A DNA stretch of 55,359 bases, the filler included, from Sphacelaria rigidula (Eukaryota): the NCBI GenBank assembly GCA_964200075.2. It is 4 parts of 4 records of this genome, joined end to end, with 100 filler letters (N's around TTAATTAATTAA, not from the genome) between each part and the next. Parts side by side here need not be neighbours in the genome. Positions count along the whole stretch, not along the records: positions 13,871 to 27,636 come from CAXNAA020002681.1; positions 27,737 to 41,498 come from CAXNAA020002682.1; 2 more parts are not named here. One strand, given 5' to 3'. Within the stretch, counting starts at the first letter, position 1; the number at the start of each line of letters is the position of its first letter. Position numbers and translations under genes: made by a program. The notes under the pieces were generated by a model. That model ran no database searches, was not told the origin of the DNA, and was given only the letters and a program-made list of their open reading frames with translations. Of this stretch, positions 25,513 to 36,736 are shown piece by piece.

Positions 25513-26894
25513 ACGAATATAGTAGAGGGAGTTGGATATTTCGCGCGGCATTCATCGCAGCGGCGGAGGGGGGTCATCTTCCGCATTCAATGAGGTTATA
25601 ATCATCGGTCGAGATACACTCGAAATATATACACACAAAAAGGGGGGACAACAACAAAAACACTCCCAAGTATCAGGTTGGGATCTTGCGAAGACCTTTT
25701 TACGGGTATACGAGTGTCCCTTGAAAGGTTCCGTTTTTTGTGGACTGGTCAACAGCAAAACTCTCTCACCGTCGGTACTCACGGGGCGAAAGTGCGTGAC
25801 GTGGCGTGGAGACAAGAGAGAAGGACGGGTAGCGGTGACTACATTCCAAACCGCAAGGCAGAGTTACCCCTTCAGCATGCGGAAATCATCCCCCACCCTC
25901 TCCCTCCCTCGATGTTCAGTTTCATCAACCCTTCCGTAGCATCTGGAGGTGACCGAGTGGAACGAGGGATTGAGGAGAGGGGGTCATCATGATACCATTT
26001 GCCAAAATCTTTTGATCGTTTTCCTCGCCTTCCTCTGCAATATCAGGACAGATGAATACACACGCGAAGTGTTCTAATGACGCAGGTTGCAGACATCCAG
26101 TGCACGCATCATACGATGATACCAGCCGTCCCATAGAAAGCTCGGCGACGAGTCGGCGGGACAGGCTGTGGGAGTGTGTTGCTCCATCCAGTGCTCGGTA
26201 GCAATGGTGCCAGGTGGATTTCAAATACCAGGGGAGAGATGGGTTCATCCCAAGAGAGTGCAGGCTTGTTGCGAGGAGGGGAAGGGGTTGTGAAAGTGCC
26301 ACGGGGGAACAGAAAAGGGGTGTTTATTACCCATGAGTTGCTGCGCTCTTGCTGATTTTGTCACAGCGTGCATTCCAGAGTACGATGCGTCGTTGCTATT
26401 GAAACGCTGCAAATCGGGAGAGGTTGAGTCCAAGCAAGAGGTTCTCGTCAGAGTTTCCCCGACGGGAGTAATGAGACAAGCGAACGTTGACGGAACACAA
26501 CCTCCTTTCCTTTACATCGGATGTTGTCTTTGCCAGCCGCCTCAGACTTTCTTTCTATTTCGTTAAACTCTGGCCAAAACGGTTATACATCCTTTGCCGA
26601 TTTCGTCCCGCGACGCTGCAGTCGCGTTGTGAGATCTTGACACGAAAAGCTGTGCGGAGCGGTGATTCTCGGGAATGTGAAATTGTTCGACAATACGACA
26701 GCGAACGTGGATAGGAGAGGAAGGAAGACGATTTTTGAGTCAGCCAGCCGCCCCTCGCAACGGTTTAAGGACAATTTTATTTTTTATCGTTTCAGCGATT
26801 GTTCTATTCTGAAGCAGCGGTCTCTGTGTTATCTAAGACTCACGCACGTGGTCAATGTTCCAGGAGCGAGCGCATGGAAAAAACGAGCGTCCGC

Positions 26895-26950
26895 CATAAG
26901 TCAATGGTCGAACGACTAAGGCAAGCAAGAAATGAGTACCCCCCCTCCCT
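26895..26950 (-). mobile_element. Family X dispersed repeat, truncated copy
   Basis: agtcaatggtcgaacgactaaggcaagcaagaaatgagtacccccc is the reverse complement of the family core. Confidence 0.65.
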
Positions 26951-27131
26951 CCCCTCCTCTCCCCTCCCATGGGTAGGGAGGCAGAATCATGATCACCCCC
27001 CTATCCCCTCTTCCTACCAGACGGCGAATAAGGAAGGGAACAATATATGTAAAATATTTTTGTGTAGCGTATGGAAGAAACGTAACGAGCCCCCAAATAT
27101 TGGAGGTGTTTCTATTAGGAGTAGGAACGAT

Positions 27132-27212
27132 ACTCCGTCTCGAAAGGGATGCGCGGTCGATAGTCAAACGGCTAAGGCATGCGACAAATCAGTACCCTCC
27201 CCCCGCCCCCCC
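27132..27212 (-). mobile_element. Family X dispersed repeat copy
   Basis: ctccgtctcgaaagggatgcgcggtcgatagtcaaacggctaaggcatgcgacaaatcagtaccc. Confidence 0.7.
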
Positions 27213-27539
27213 TTTCCTCCCCCCCGAAGATAGCACACATACAGTTTCTCACCAACAGAGTTGCACAATCATAGGCACACGCACAACGCGCAGCACGTAC
27301 TACATCTCACGCGGGCAGACAACGCGCAACACACATACACACACAGGTGACACACATAAATAGATAGTATGACGCTCTTTTATTGCGTTGTTGTGCAGCA
27401 CCAACAGCATAGACTCTGTACCGCGATTCATGGAGTACGTTTTGTTTGCCCGCCAGCGGTGGAGGTGAACGGTAGCCGTTCGTGGTCTTCGTACAGTAGG
27501 AAACAAACAAAAGCACGACCTAAGAGTCATGCCATGGCC

Positions 27540-27636
27540 GGGGGGTGTACCCATGATCATGCATGCCATAGTCATAAGACCATTGACCTCGCATCCCTAC
27601 GATGCTGGGACGGAGCACGCCGGGTTTTCGCTGGAC
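27540..27636 (+). mobile_element. Family X longer subfamily copy at contig end
   Basis: gggggggtgtacccatgatc...gaccattgacctcgcatccctacgatgctgggacggagcacgccgggttttcg; matches minus-strand copies at 41820-41917 and 43640-43745. Confidence 0.65.
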
Positions 27637-27736
27637 NNNNNNNNNNNNNNNNNNNNNNNNNNNNNNNNNNNNNNNNNNNNTTAATTAATTAANNNNNNNN
27701 NNNNNNNNNNNNNNNNNNNNNNNNNNNNNNNNNNNN
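27637..27736. other. Artificial contig linker N44-TTAATTAATTAA-N44
   Basis: Same 100 bp cassette. Confidence 0.98.
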
Positions 27737-28464
27737 ACTCAGGGATATCAAAGGTCTCAGTGGCAAGCTACCACAGTAAACAGATTGGACCTCGTGGAGG
27801 GGCATTTCGGAACTGGAACGATTCATTCATTAATTGATCGCTTTTCACTCTCACTCGTATCCTTTACCCTCAATCTCACGAAATCATTGTTGAGACTGTC
27901 TTCTGCTGCGATTGCGAAAGTTTCAAACGTCTCCTACATTACCATTGTACGTCAATGCACGTACGCCATCTCCTCAAAATCGGGGGGAGTCACGATCTCG
28001 AAGTGATCTCCCGATCTTTTTAAAACAAAACGGGAGAAATCGTTCTTGAGATCGCAACGCCCCGATATTTTCGGGCCCCCGAATTGGTCCATGAAATGCG
28101 TTCCCCGATTTTTTCCCCCCCGATGTGAAAAAAATTTAGATTGGTGATTGCCATGAAAACAATGTTGGTTGATTGATTATCTCGCATTGGATTAGCTGAT
28201 TGCAACAATCCAACCCGTGGTCAGGAGGAGCAAAAAAAAAACCAGGATGACGAGAGAAAAAAGAAGGGAAGAAACAGAAAAAGGCAAAAGCAACGATCTC
28301 AGAAAGGAAAAAAGAAAGGAAGCAGCGATGGTCCGAAACCCTTGATATTCCTCTGTAGGATATCGACGTGTAGCTGTAAGCACACGCCAGTGATGTAGGC
28401 AAAGAATAGTAAACGTGGAATGAACGATTGGTAAACTTGGAAGCGAATGATAGAATCCACTCTC

Positions 28465-29392
28465 AATCAACGCCCTACTCTCCATCTCACGACACCATTG
28501 CTACCTGCCGCTAACACACGATTGCGAGGTAGAAGGTCCCAAAAGGATTAACCCTTAGACCGCGAGGAGGGTAGTCCATCTGGATCACGTTCACCTTTTC
28601 AAGTGGAATTGATGCCGATTCAACAGGTGACGTATACTCTTGCCTTGGACCGCAATCAACGCCCTACTCTCACTCTCACGAATCCATCGCTACCTGCCGT
28701 TAACACGCGATTGCGAGGTAGACGGTCCCAAAAGGGTTAAGAGGAGGGTAGTCCATCTGGATCACGCATACTTTTTCAAGTGGAATTGATGCCGATTCAA
28801 CAGGTGACTTATACTCTTGCCTTGGACCGCAATCAACGCCCTACTCTCACTCTCACGAATCTATCGCTACCTGCTGTTAACACGCGATTGCGAGGTAGAC
28901 GGTCCCAAAAGGGTTAACCCGTAGACCGCGAGAGGATAGTCTATCTGGATCACGCATACTTTTTCAGGTGGAATTGATGCCGATTCAAATTGTGATCTAC
29001 TCCTGCCCTCTAAGGGTCAACCCTTAGACCCGCGAGGGTAGGTCACCTGCTGAATCGGCATCACTTGAAAAAAGTATGCATGGTCCGGATGGACTACCCG
29101 CACCGCGGTCTAAGGGTTAAACCCTTAGACCGCGGTGTGGGTAGTCCACCTGGATCACGCATACTTTTTCAAGTGAAATTGGTGCCGATTCAGCACATGA
29201 CCTACCCTCGCGGTCAAAGGATCGCGGTGCGGGTAGTCCATCTGCATCATGCATCATTTTTTCAAGTGAATATTGATATACCGATTGAGCAGGTGACCTA
29301 TTCTCGCGGTCGAAGGGTAGTCCATCTGTATCATGCATGATGCTTTTTTCAAGCGACATTGATGCCGATTCAACAGATGACCTATTCTCGCC
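28465..29392. mobile_element. Tandem array of ~100 bp piggyBac-like MITEs with TIR CCCTTAGACCGCG and TTAA junctions; the left part is amplified as ~180 bp tandem units
   Basis: TTAA|CCCTTAGACC at 28548. Complete units 28918-29016 (+), 29021-29116 (-) and 29122-29220 (+) are separated by TTAA/TCAA and share the core TTTTCAAGTGGAATTGATGCCGATTCA. aatcaacgccctactctc recurs at ~28465, 28653 and 28830. Confidence 0.7.
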
Positions 29393-29639
29393 ATGTAATG
29401 GTGAAGGACTACACCAGCATCGACACTGTGCGTGTGTGTCACACAGGAGAAAGGACAACACAGGAGGTTCTTCTTTATTTGTCAAAGTTCTCCACCTTCC
29501 TTCTGCGTTGCTTGCCTTTTATTTTTCATGGCGAGAGGGGTTTCACAGTCCCTTTCCCTCGTCGACCGTTAAGTCGAGTTTTGTGTACCCACGACATCGT
29601 CTCCCTCCACTATTGGGCATTGTGTGAGAAAAAAATCGA

Positions 29640-29705
29640 GATCGCTTCGAGGTTTGAACCCACGACCCAGTGAAAGGCAGTGGCACGCTAACTCTTTCTT
29701 ACCGT
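29640..29705 (-). mobile_element. tRNA-like (B-box) head, possible SINE remnant
   Basis: Minus strand gagttagcgtgccactgcctttcactgggtcgtGGGTTCAAACCtcgaagcg followed by a T-run; no intact cloverleaf. Confidence 0.35.
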
Positions 29706-29924
29706 CGTATCCAGCGGAGACATACCGCACGCATACTGACTCTGCACGCTATTGACTGCTCGGTCAAACGGGTCAGGAGTTCCCCGCAACTATTTTCTAT
29801 ATAGATGCCCAGCATCCACATGGTTATGAGAAAATGCGTTTTTGTGTAACGAGAAAAGAGCTGTTCTGAACCCCAGATGTGGCATAGTCCATCTCAGTTC
29901 GCCTGCGGGGTCGCTGAGGGTTGA

Positions 29925-30021
29925 CCCTTGGACAGCGAGAGCAGGTCATCTGTTGAATCGGCATCAATTTCACCTCAAAAAAGTATGTATATTCCAGATG
30001 GACTACGTTCGCGGTCTACGG
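29925..30021 (-). mobile_element. Solo copy of the piggyBac-like MITE
   Basis: ttga|CCCTTGGACAGCGAG...gaatcggcatcaatttc...CGCGGTCTACGG|ttaa. Confidence 0.65.
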
Positions 30022-30149
30022 TTAACTCTCACCCCGTGATGGTAGCCCAGCTGGAATATGCATTCTTTTTTCGAGTAAAAATGATGCCGACTCAACAGAT
30101 CGCGGTCTTCCGGTAAATCCTCTAGCGCCGCGGGTGTTCATGTGCGGAA

Positions 30150-30775
30150 TCGGCATCATTTTCACTCGAAAAGGGCTGAAAATGATGCCGACTCCACAAA
30201 TAAATGAACACCTCCACTGGGTCGAAGATTTCTATCTACGCCGTAGAACAAAGCACTCTCTGGCTACGGAGCGATAGAACAAACACCCTTGCTGCCCGAG
30301 TGTTCGAGGTCTGCCTTTCTCGGGGTACGACTGGGGCTAGTGTTGAAGTGCATTTGGGTCAGACTGTAAATATTGAGAATAAAGCCTTGTGCCGCCGGAG
30401 GTGTCCATTTGTTGACGGCATCAATTAATTAGTGAAATTGGCATCATTTTTACTCGAAAAGAGCCTGAAAATGATGCCGATTCTACCACTGAATGAACAC
30501 TTGAACACTTCAACTGGGTCGAAGGGTTTCTATCTACGCCGTCGGACGAAGCACTCTCTGCCTACGGAGTGATAGAGCACCATCGCTGCGCGAGTGTTCG
30601 AGGTCTGCCTTTCTCGGGATACGACTGGGTTAGTGTTGAAGTGCAGTTGGGTCAGTCAATAGAAGACGCGGATATTGTGAAGAAAGGGGCTGATAACAAA
30701 GTAAAGCCTTGGACCGCCGCAGGTGTCCATTTGCTGACGGCATAAAAAAACTAATTTGTGAAATCGACATCGTTT
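30150..30775. repeat. ~290 bp imperfect tandem duplication
   Basis: ctgggtcgaag..ttctatctacgccgt...gagtgttcgaggtctgcctttctcggg...tagtgttgaagtgca...gccgc.ggtgtccatttg occurs at ~30217 and ~30514; both are preceded by ggcatcatttt.actcgaaaag..ctgaaaatgatgccga. Confidence 0.8.
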
Positions 30776-31590
30776 TCAAGATATCAAGGCCTGCGTTTGA
30801 GCGCTCGGCCGGAGCGATCTCAGCCAAGGCATATGTACTAGCGGTGATATTCAAGTACGTAATGATAGTGCGACGGACACCGCAACGCTCAGCGAGAAGA
30901 AGGTCGCAGCCATAGCGAAATGTATCTATACACACTACCCTAGAGTGTACGGGGCACCTTCGCGCTAGGCGCGGCACGCGGTGAGCTCCAACAGAACAAA
31001 CTGCTGCAGAAAGGAGGCAAGTTGGGTAGTGGTGGAGAAGTAGAGAGGTAGGTGTCGCCAACAGCGAGAGAGGTGCGGACGGCCGGGAAGGAGACTCGAG
31101 ATGGGCTGATGACAAAACGAAATTATTACTTTCAAGTCCCTAGAAAGAAAACGGAAGAAAAACTTGTAGTGGTCTCAGAGAAACGGAATAATTATTTATT
31201 GCGAAACGGTAGTCAAAGGGCCGGGAGCGTCACTGGGCGCGAAAGGAGGTCAAACGGCTGGAAACGTCACTGGTTCCAGAGTAAACTTCGCGCAAACGGC
31301 TGGCGAAGTCACTCGCGAGGTGGTGCCGAAGCGGCAAGAGAAAAGAGTATGATAACCCGAGAGAGGTAGAGCTGTCAACGGTCGAAGTGACCGAAACATT
31401 GTGGAATTCCTACAGAGGGGTAGAGTAGTCAGTGGTGGCGAAGTCGCGAAAAATTGTGAAATTCTGAGTGAATAAACCGACGAAAGCGCAAATTTCCAAG
31501 AAAAAGCAGGAGACGCTGTTGATCACAGAGAAACGGAAGAATCAAATACTGGCCGCTGGTGCGTGGGAATTCGGGGTAATGATGCGCTCT

Positions 31591-31600
31591 NNNNNNNNNN
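31591..31600. other. Internal scaffold gap (10 N)
   Basis: Run of 10 N. Confidence 0.95.
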
Positions 31601-32374
31601 TGATTGTTGCACTTGCGTCCAGAGACGCGGAATGCGGACAAACATAATGAATAAGAATAGTATATATATATATATATATATACATGTTTTTTGTTTTCAA
31701 AGTCACACATCACCTGCCACGGTCAGTCGCAATGTCGTGTATGGGCTTTAGAGAGAACAACATAATTTTGCTGGCTGCTGCTGCGGGCATGGGTCGGATC
31801 TCCACTTTTCAAAATACCAACAATGTCGGATCTACTTGGTGATGTCTATCCATTGCGACTTGATACTTTCGATGAACCCACACCCACTGCATCATCGCAC
31901 ACGACACTCATCGCACCGTGCGCATGAAGTGATCCCGGCGCAATCCAGCCGTCGGCACAGGGTAGACGAACCGAAGGTGAACAGAACGGGAACGCTTGCT
32001 AAGGGAAACTCGATCGTGGGGAAACATGAAAAAAGGAAAAGGTACAAGAAGCAGAGTTAACTGAAAACGAGAAACCAAATCAAAGACAAAACAAGTATAC
32101 GGGGAAACCGAAAGAAAAAAAAGAAGCGAGGAAAAAAAAACACCGAGATGGATCTGGTATCGGTCCTTACGGAAGTATACAGCAAAAACACAAATAGTGA
32201 GAAACAAAAAACAAGAAATGGGCGGCCCCTGCCAGACGACTTCAGGCCAGGAGGCTCTGTACAAAAAGCAGAAGAATCCGGGGGAGCAGATTGCGGCTCA
32301 GCTGGGAAAGCACACTATGATGGCATGAAATTAAGCAAAACAACAACGAAAACAACAGGGAACGAAAGAAATGG

Positions 32375-32435
32375 AGACAGAGACGGCCAGAGACAGAGAT
32401 AGAGACAGAGACAGAAACAGACAGGAGCAGAGAAA

Positions 32436-32470
<35 letters not shown>

Positions 32471-32733
32471 CCAGACACACACAGACACAGACACAGACAC
32501 AGACACAGACACAGTCACAGTCACAGACACAAATAGAAAGACACAGACGGAGAGAAAGAGACGGACAGACACGGTCACAGACTCAGACAGACAGACAGAC
32601 AGACAGACACAGAGGCACAGACACAGAGACACAGATACAGATACAGAGACAGAGACAGACACCGACACAGACGGAGACAGAGAGAGACAGGCACAGGCAC
32701 AGACAGAGATAGACAGACACAGACAGAGACAGA
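32375..32733. repeat. Compound (ACAGAC/AGAGAC/AGACGC)n microsatellite
   Basis: Direct reading; source of the spurious RD/TQ/SV-repeat ORFs. Confidence 0.93.
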
Positions 32734-33125
32734 AATGGAACTCAAGGATAAAGTAGAATACGCACATGAAAACGGCAAGGGGATATTGCTGAGGTCGCAA
32801 GGCAAGGAAAGAGGTCAACGCCCGATAAGGCAGGTTTGTACCAGTGTACGTCGTACCCGCGCATCTCCCGCTCATTCCTAGTCGGGTACAAAGCGGGTCA
32901 CTCTTTTGACCTTTCCCATCCTGGGTCCCTCGCGAGCTGCAGCTGTTGTTGTTGTGTCGGCGGTGTCGGCTTCCCTATTGGCGCCTCTCAGCGCAGCGGC
33001 TTCTCGTTTGTGGCGTAGGGCGGATTGGCGCATGACAAGGCCCGCACAACACCCCTCATGATAGCACCGGCCCGCGCGACCGCTTGTCCCCCACCTGACC
33101 GTATGCCGATGCAGGACAAGAGGCA

Positions 33126-36100
33126 ATGGCTCCTCCGTACAGCGTGCCGGCTGAGAACGTGGCCGCTGCTTCAGCTGAGACCAGCACGCCCGGCGTTCCG
33201 GTGACAAGTAAGGCAGTAGGCAACGAGATCCCTGAAAAACCGGCGGGGGGAATGGGCGCAGCACCAGCGGTGATACAGCCCATGAGGCAGCCCACAGCCG
33301 AACCGGTGGGAATGGTGACCACTGCGGGGGGATCAATGGGGCATGAGGCGGACAAAACCAGCTCCGGTGAGACTATTTCTGGGGTGCAGTACTACACTGG
33401 AGTGCTGTCAGATCGATCAGTAGGTTGGATGCTTTGAGCGTCCCGCTGCCATCATCTACCGTTCTCTTGCCTGCCCTCGCGAACCCCGAAGCGCTCGACT
33501 TTCTGTACATGGTTATCTTGAGTCCATGCGTAGAGGTTTTTGTCATCTACCCTGTGATCAAGGGTGTCTAGTAAAAGTTTGAGTAGAAGTAATTGAGGTT
33601 GTTCATATCACAGGTACACTCTAATACTCAGCAACTCGAGCAGTTAGTGCCCGAGTACTTGGTTTGTCAGAGGGTCGCTATTGCAGTTACTCAAGGGTAC
33701 TCGGTTCCATGCTGAGTACTCGCAGGACAAGACCGAGTATTTTGGGGAGTGAGTACTCTAGATATTGAGGGGCACTCAGTACTCTGAAACTGTCCATTTG
33801 TGAGGTCTTCGGGGGTATTGACTAATTTACTGAATATCCCAGACCGCGTGTGTTTGAGGGTCGGTAATCGAGGTACTTGTAAGACAACAATGGCGCACAC
33901 GCTCCGGGGTACTGCTACATTAGGGTACCACACCTTGCCCCAAGCACGTTTGCATGCAAAATACTTGGCGTACAAATATGTCGCAGCTTGCACGCAACAT
34001 TGTTCTTTACTTTGTGTCCGGGCGAGTTCCTCCGTACCACCGAGCGCAGACTCACAGCATGTAGCCTATCAAGCATGCCAACGGTGTCAAACGTACATTG
34101 GCTGTGTTGATGTTCTCCTCGTCTCTGGTGTAGGCGTATTTTGTTTTCTTGTTACACTTTGAACCCTTGCCCTTCCTTGGGACGAGTCCGTGGCCTCAAG
34201 GGATCAACGTACATCTCCCCCGTACACGCGTTGCATTTTGGACGCACGGATTGAGTCAGCACTCCCGCACCGCATCAACTCTCGCCAAATGAAGTCAGTC
34301 ATCTACCCTTCGTTTACTCACATACTCACACTTTCGACGTTGGAAATCAGAGACTACAAAGAAAAAACCCAACCCATCGGGAATCGAACTCGCGTTCTCC
34401 TCATCCTAACAGTAACAGTCGGACCGTTACACCATCGGGGCGCAGCGGTATTGCCTTAACCTCGAAAAATGGGGTTGGCCAATGCATCTTGGAGTTCCTC
34501 GTGAAGCACACTATAACCAAGCGCAGAGTCGAACACAGAGCAATGCTACGGTAGGGGTTGCACGTTTTTAGCAAAAATGTTTCTCGGGGCTCCTCGGGGT
34601 GTTGGACGGATCATTTTGAGAATGGCATCAACATAATGATGCCGATTCACGAAAAGGCCCCTGCGTGCAAACACCATGTTCCTGGAAGTCCGGTCCCCGG
34701 AGATTTGGGTTGCACAGCAAGCCCCATATATTTGGGCTCCTACGAACGAGACTCAGAGACAATAGATGCAACCCCTACCGTAGCATTGCTCCAAACCTTA
34801 CTCCCAACCTTGACCATGTACTCACTGTGCAGTTCTGGGTGCGATCGAGATCAGCAACGACAAGATGGCGTCGACAGATGAGGGAGGCAAGCAGATGGCA
34901 ACAGGCACGCCGTCGGAGGCGACGGCGCCGGACGCGTCGTCGGATATGGCAGGTACGAGGCCTGCAAGACGCGTATCGGAAACTCGAATCGCGCTGCCGC
35001 GTAAGGGCACTCGCCAACATGCCTCAGAAACACGAATCAAGATGCCCGTGACAGTGACTCGCCGGCGTGCATCAGAAACGTATATCAAGTTCCCGGCAAC
35101 GGCGGATCGCCAAAGTGCACCGGCGAGAATCGAGGCTGCGCATTCGGATACCCAGCGTTTCGAGTCCGTACGGTCATGGGTCGCGCGATCGATGGCGTCG
35201 ATGACGAATGTGTCTGATCATGCAGGTTTGTGATATATGACTAAGAGTGCTTCCTATTTCAGCTGCCGATGGCATGCAGTGTATAACAGCGTTGATCACG
35301 TGAGCCTGCGAAGTTTGGCGGAGCAACGGGGGTCAGGTTCAACTCGATTGGGAAATAAGGGACGAGCTGTTTGATGGGTAGATGGTGCTTGCAAAAGTTA
35401 TGTGCAAGGTGCGGGAGGCAGAAGACGCAGCGGAGAGGGGGGAGGAGGGGGGCGTACTCATTTGTTACTTGCCTTAGTCGTTTAACCATTGACCACGCAT
35501 CCCGGTCGAGACGGAGCACCGTTTCTACAATATCGGCTGACATCAGCGGCGTCGTCCGTCGGAAATCTGATGTACCGCCATCAACCAGTGTGTGTGCTCC
35601 TAGTGGTGGTAAAAAGCTTCCCGTTATCCTCGAAACCACGAGTACTAGTAGCTTCTGCCCGAGTCGCCAACCAATATCAGCAGTAGCGTAACGCCCTCTT
35701 CCCGTTGCCTGTCGCTCGGAGACACCAAAACGATCAATATACACTCAGATCTCTCTCTCTCTCTCCCCCCCCGTTTCGCCTTTCTCACCGTGCAATTGTC
35801 ACGATGGTGGGACCCGGTTTGTCAGAGCCCGGGTACGGTCTCGATGCCGTGCTCGTAGCGCTGAGTGGTGCTATCGTAGATATTGACCGTCCCTGGTACG
35901 TGACAGCGAAGCAGCTGCAGATCGTCAGTTTGGACATATGTGCGGCCTGGCGCAGGCGCTCGAAATCCCACGTCTTCGTCTCGACCTCCACCCCACGCCG
36001 TCTCTGGCTGCGCCACGAGCACGAGCGCTTCATGAAGAGGAACAGTGCTTCGCGAGTGCCGGTATGGCACGGGCGCGCCATCACGTGGGAGACCACGTCC

Positions 36101-36736
36101 GAACCAATCTCTGAGGGGAGCGAGCTCTTCAAGGTGAAGCCGGCGCGGGATCCGGAGCGGGGGTGTGGGTGGGGTTGCCTACGGCGCCGAGTGGTGGACC
36201 AAGAGTGGTGGCCGGAGTCTCTGCGGGAGCTGACGTTCGGGCGATGGTTCAACGACACCGTAGATAATATAATCTGGCCGGAATGCCTGGAGCAGATCAC
36301 TTTCGGAGAGAACTTTAACCAGCCGATGAATTCGGTGGTGTGGCCGGGCGCGCTGGAGCAGCTGACGTTTGGACAAAAGTTCAACTGGCCGGTCGATAAA
36401 ATCCGGTGGCCAGATTCGCTCCAAGAGCTGACCTTTGGGAAGAACTTCAACCGGCCGCTCGACTCTGTCATGTGGCCCGTATCGCTGCTCCATATCACGT
36501 TCGGTAACTACTACAACCAGCCAGTAGAGGACGTGAAGTGGCCGGTCGCGCTCAAGCAGGTAGCGTTCGGGGAGCGCTTCAACCAGCCCATCGAGCGTGC
36601 CGAATGGCCCCGCTCGATGGACCGGGTGACAGTAGGGAAGGGGTTCAGGCAAAACGTGGGTAAGGTGAAGCGGAGAGGAATTAGCGTGTATCAGGTGGGG
36701 GTAGGGTGGAGTAATGACGAACATCGATTGCTATGA
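33126..36736 (+). CDS. FNIP-repeat (LRR-like) protein, 3 coding exons, ~514 aa
   Basis: Exons 33126-33366 (TCCG|gtgaga), 34833-35225 (tgcag|TT...GCAG|gtttgt) and 35826-36736 (gtcag|AG) join in phase 1. About seven 22-aa repeats WP.SL.ELTFG..FNQP...V. lie at ~36209-36660. The start codon is uncertain because of an acceptor-like site at 33114. Confidence 0.75.
34140..34440 (-). mobile_element. Probable tRNA-derived SINE in intron 1 of the FNIP gene
   Basis: Minus strand ccccgaTGGTGTAACGGtccgactgttactgttaggatgaggagaacgcGAGTTCGATTCccgatggg contains Pol III A and B boxes; a ~230 bp body ends in A-rich aacaagaaaacaaaa. The 3' boundary is approximate. Confidence 0.5.
35445..35520 (+). mobile_element. 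Family X dispersed repeat copy in intron 2 of the FNIP gene
   Basis: gggggcgtactcatttgttacttgccttagtcgtttaaccattgaccacgcatcccggtcgagacggagc. Confidence 0.75.
35826..36736 (+). CDS. FNIP-repeat-encoding terminal exon
   Basis: WPESLRELTFGRWFND / WPECLEQITFGENFNQP / WPGALEQLTFGQKFNWP / WPDSLQELTFGKNFNRP / WPVSLLHITFGNYYNQP / WPVALKQVAFGERFNQP. Confidence 0.9.

Noticed and set aside
32242..32875. RD/TQ/SV-rich ORFs on both strands
   Set aside because: Translations of a compound microsatellite.
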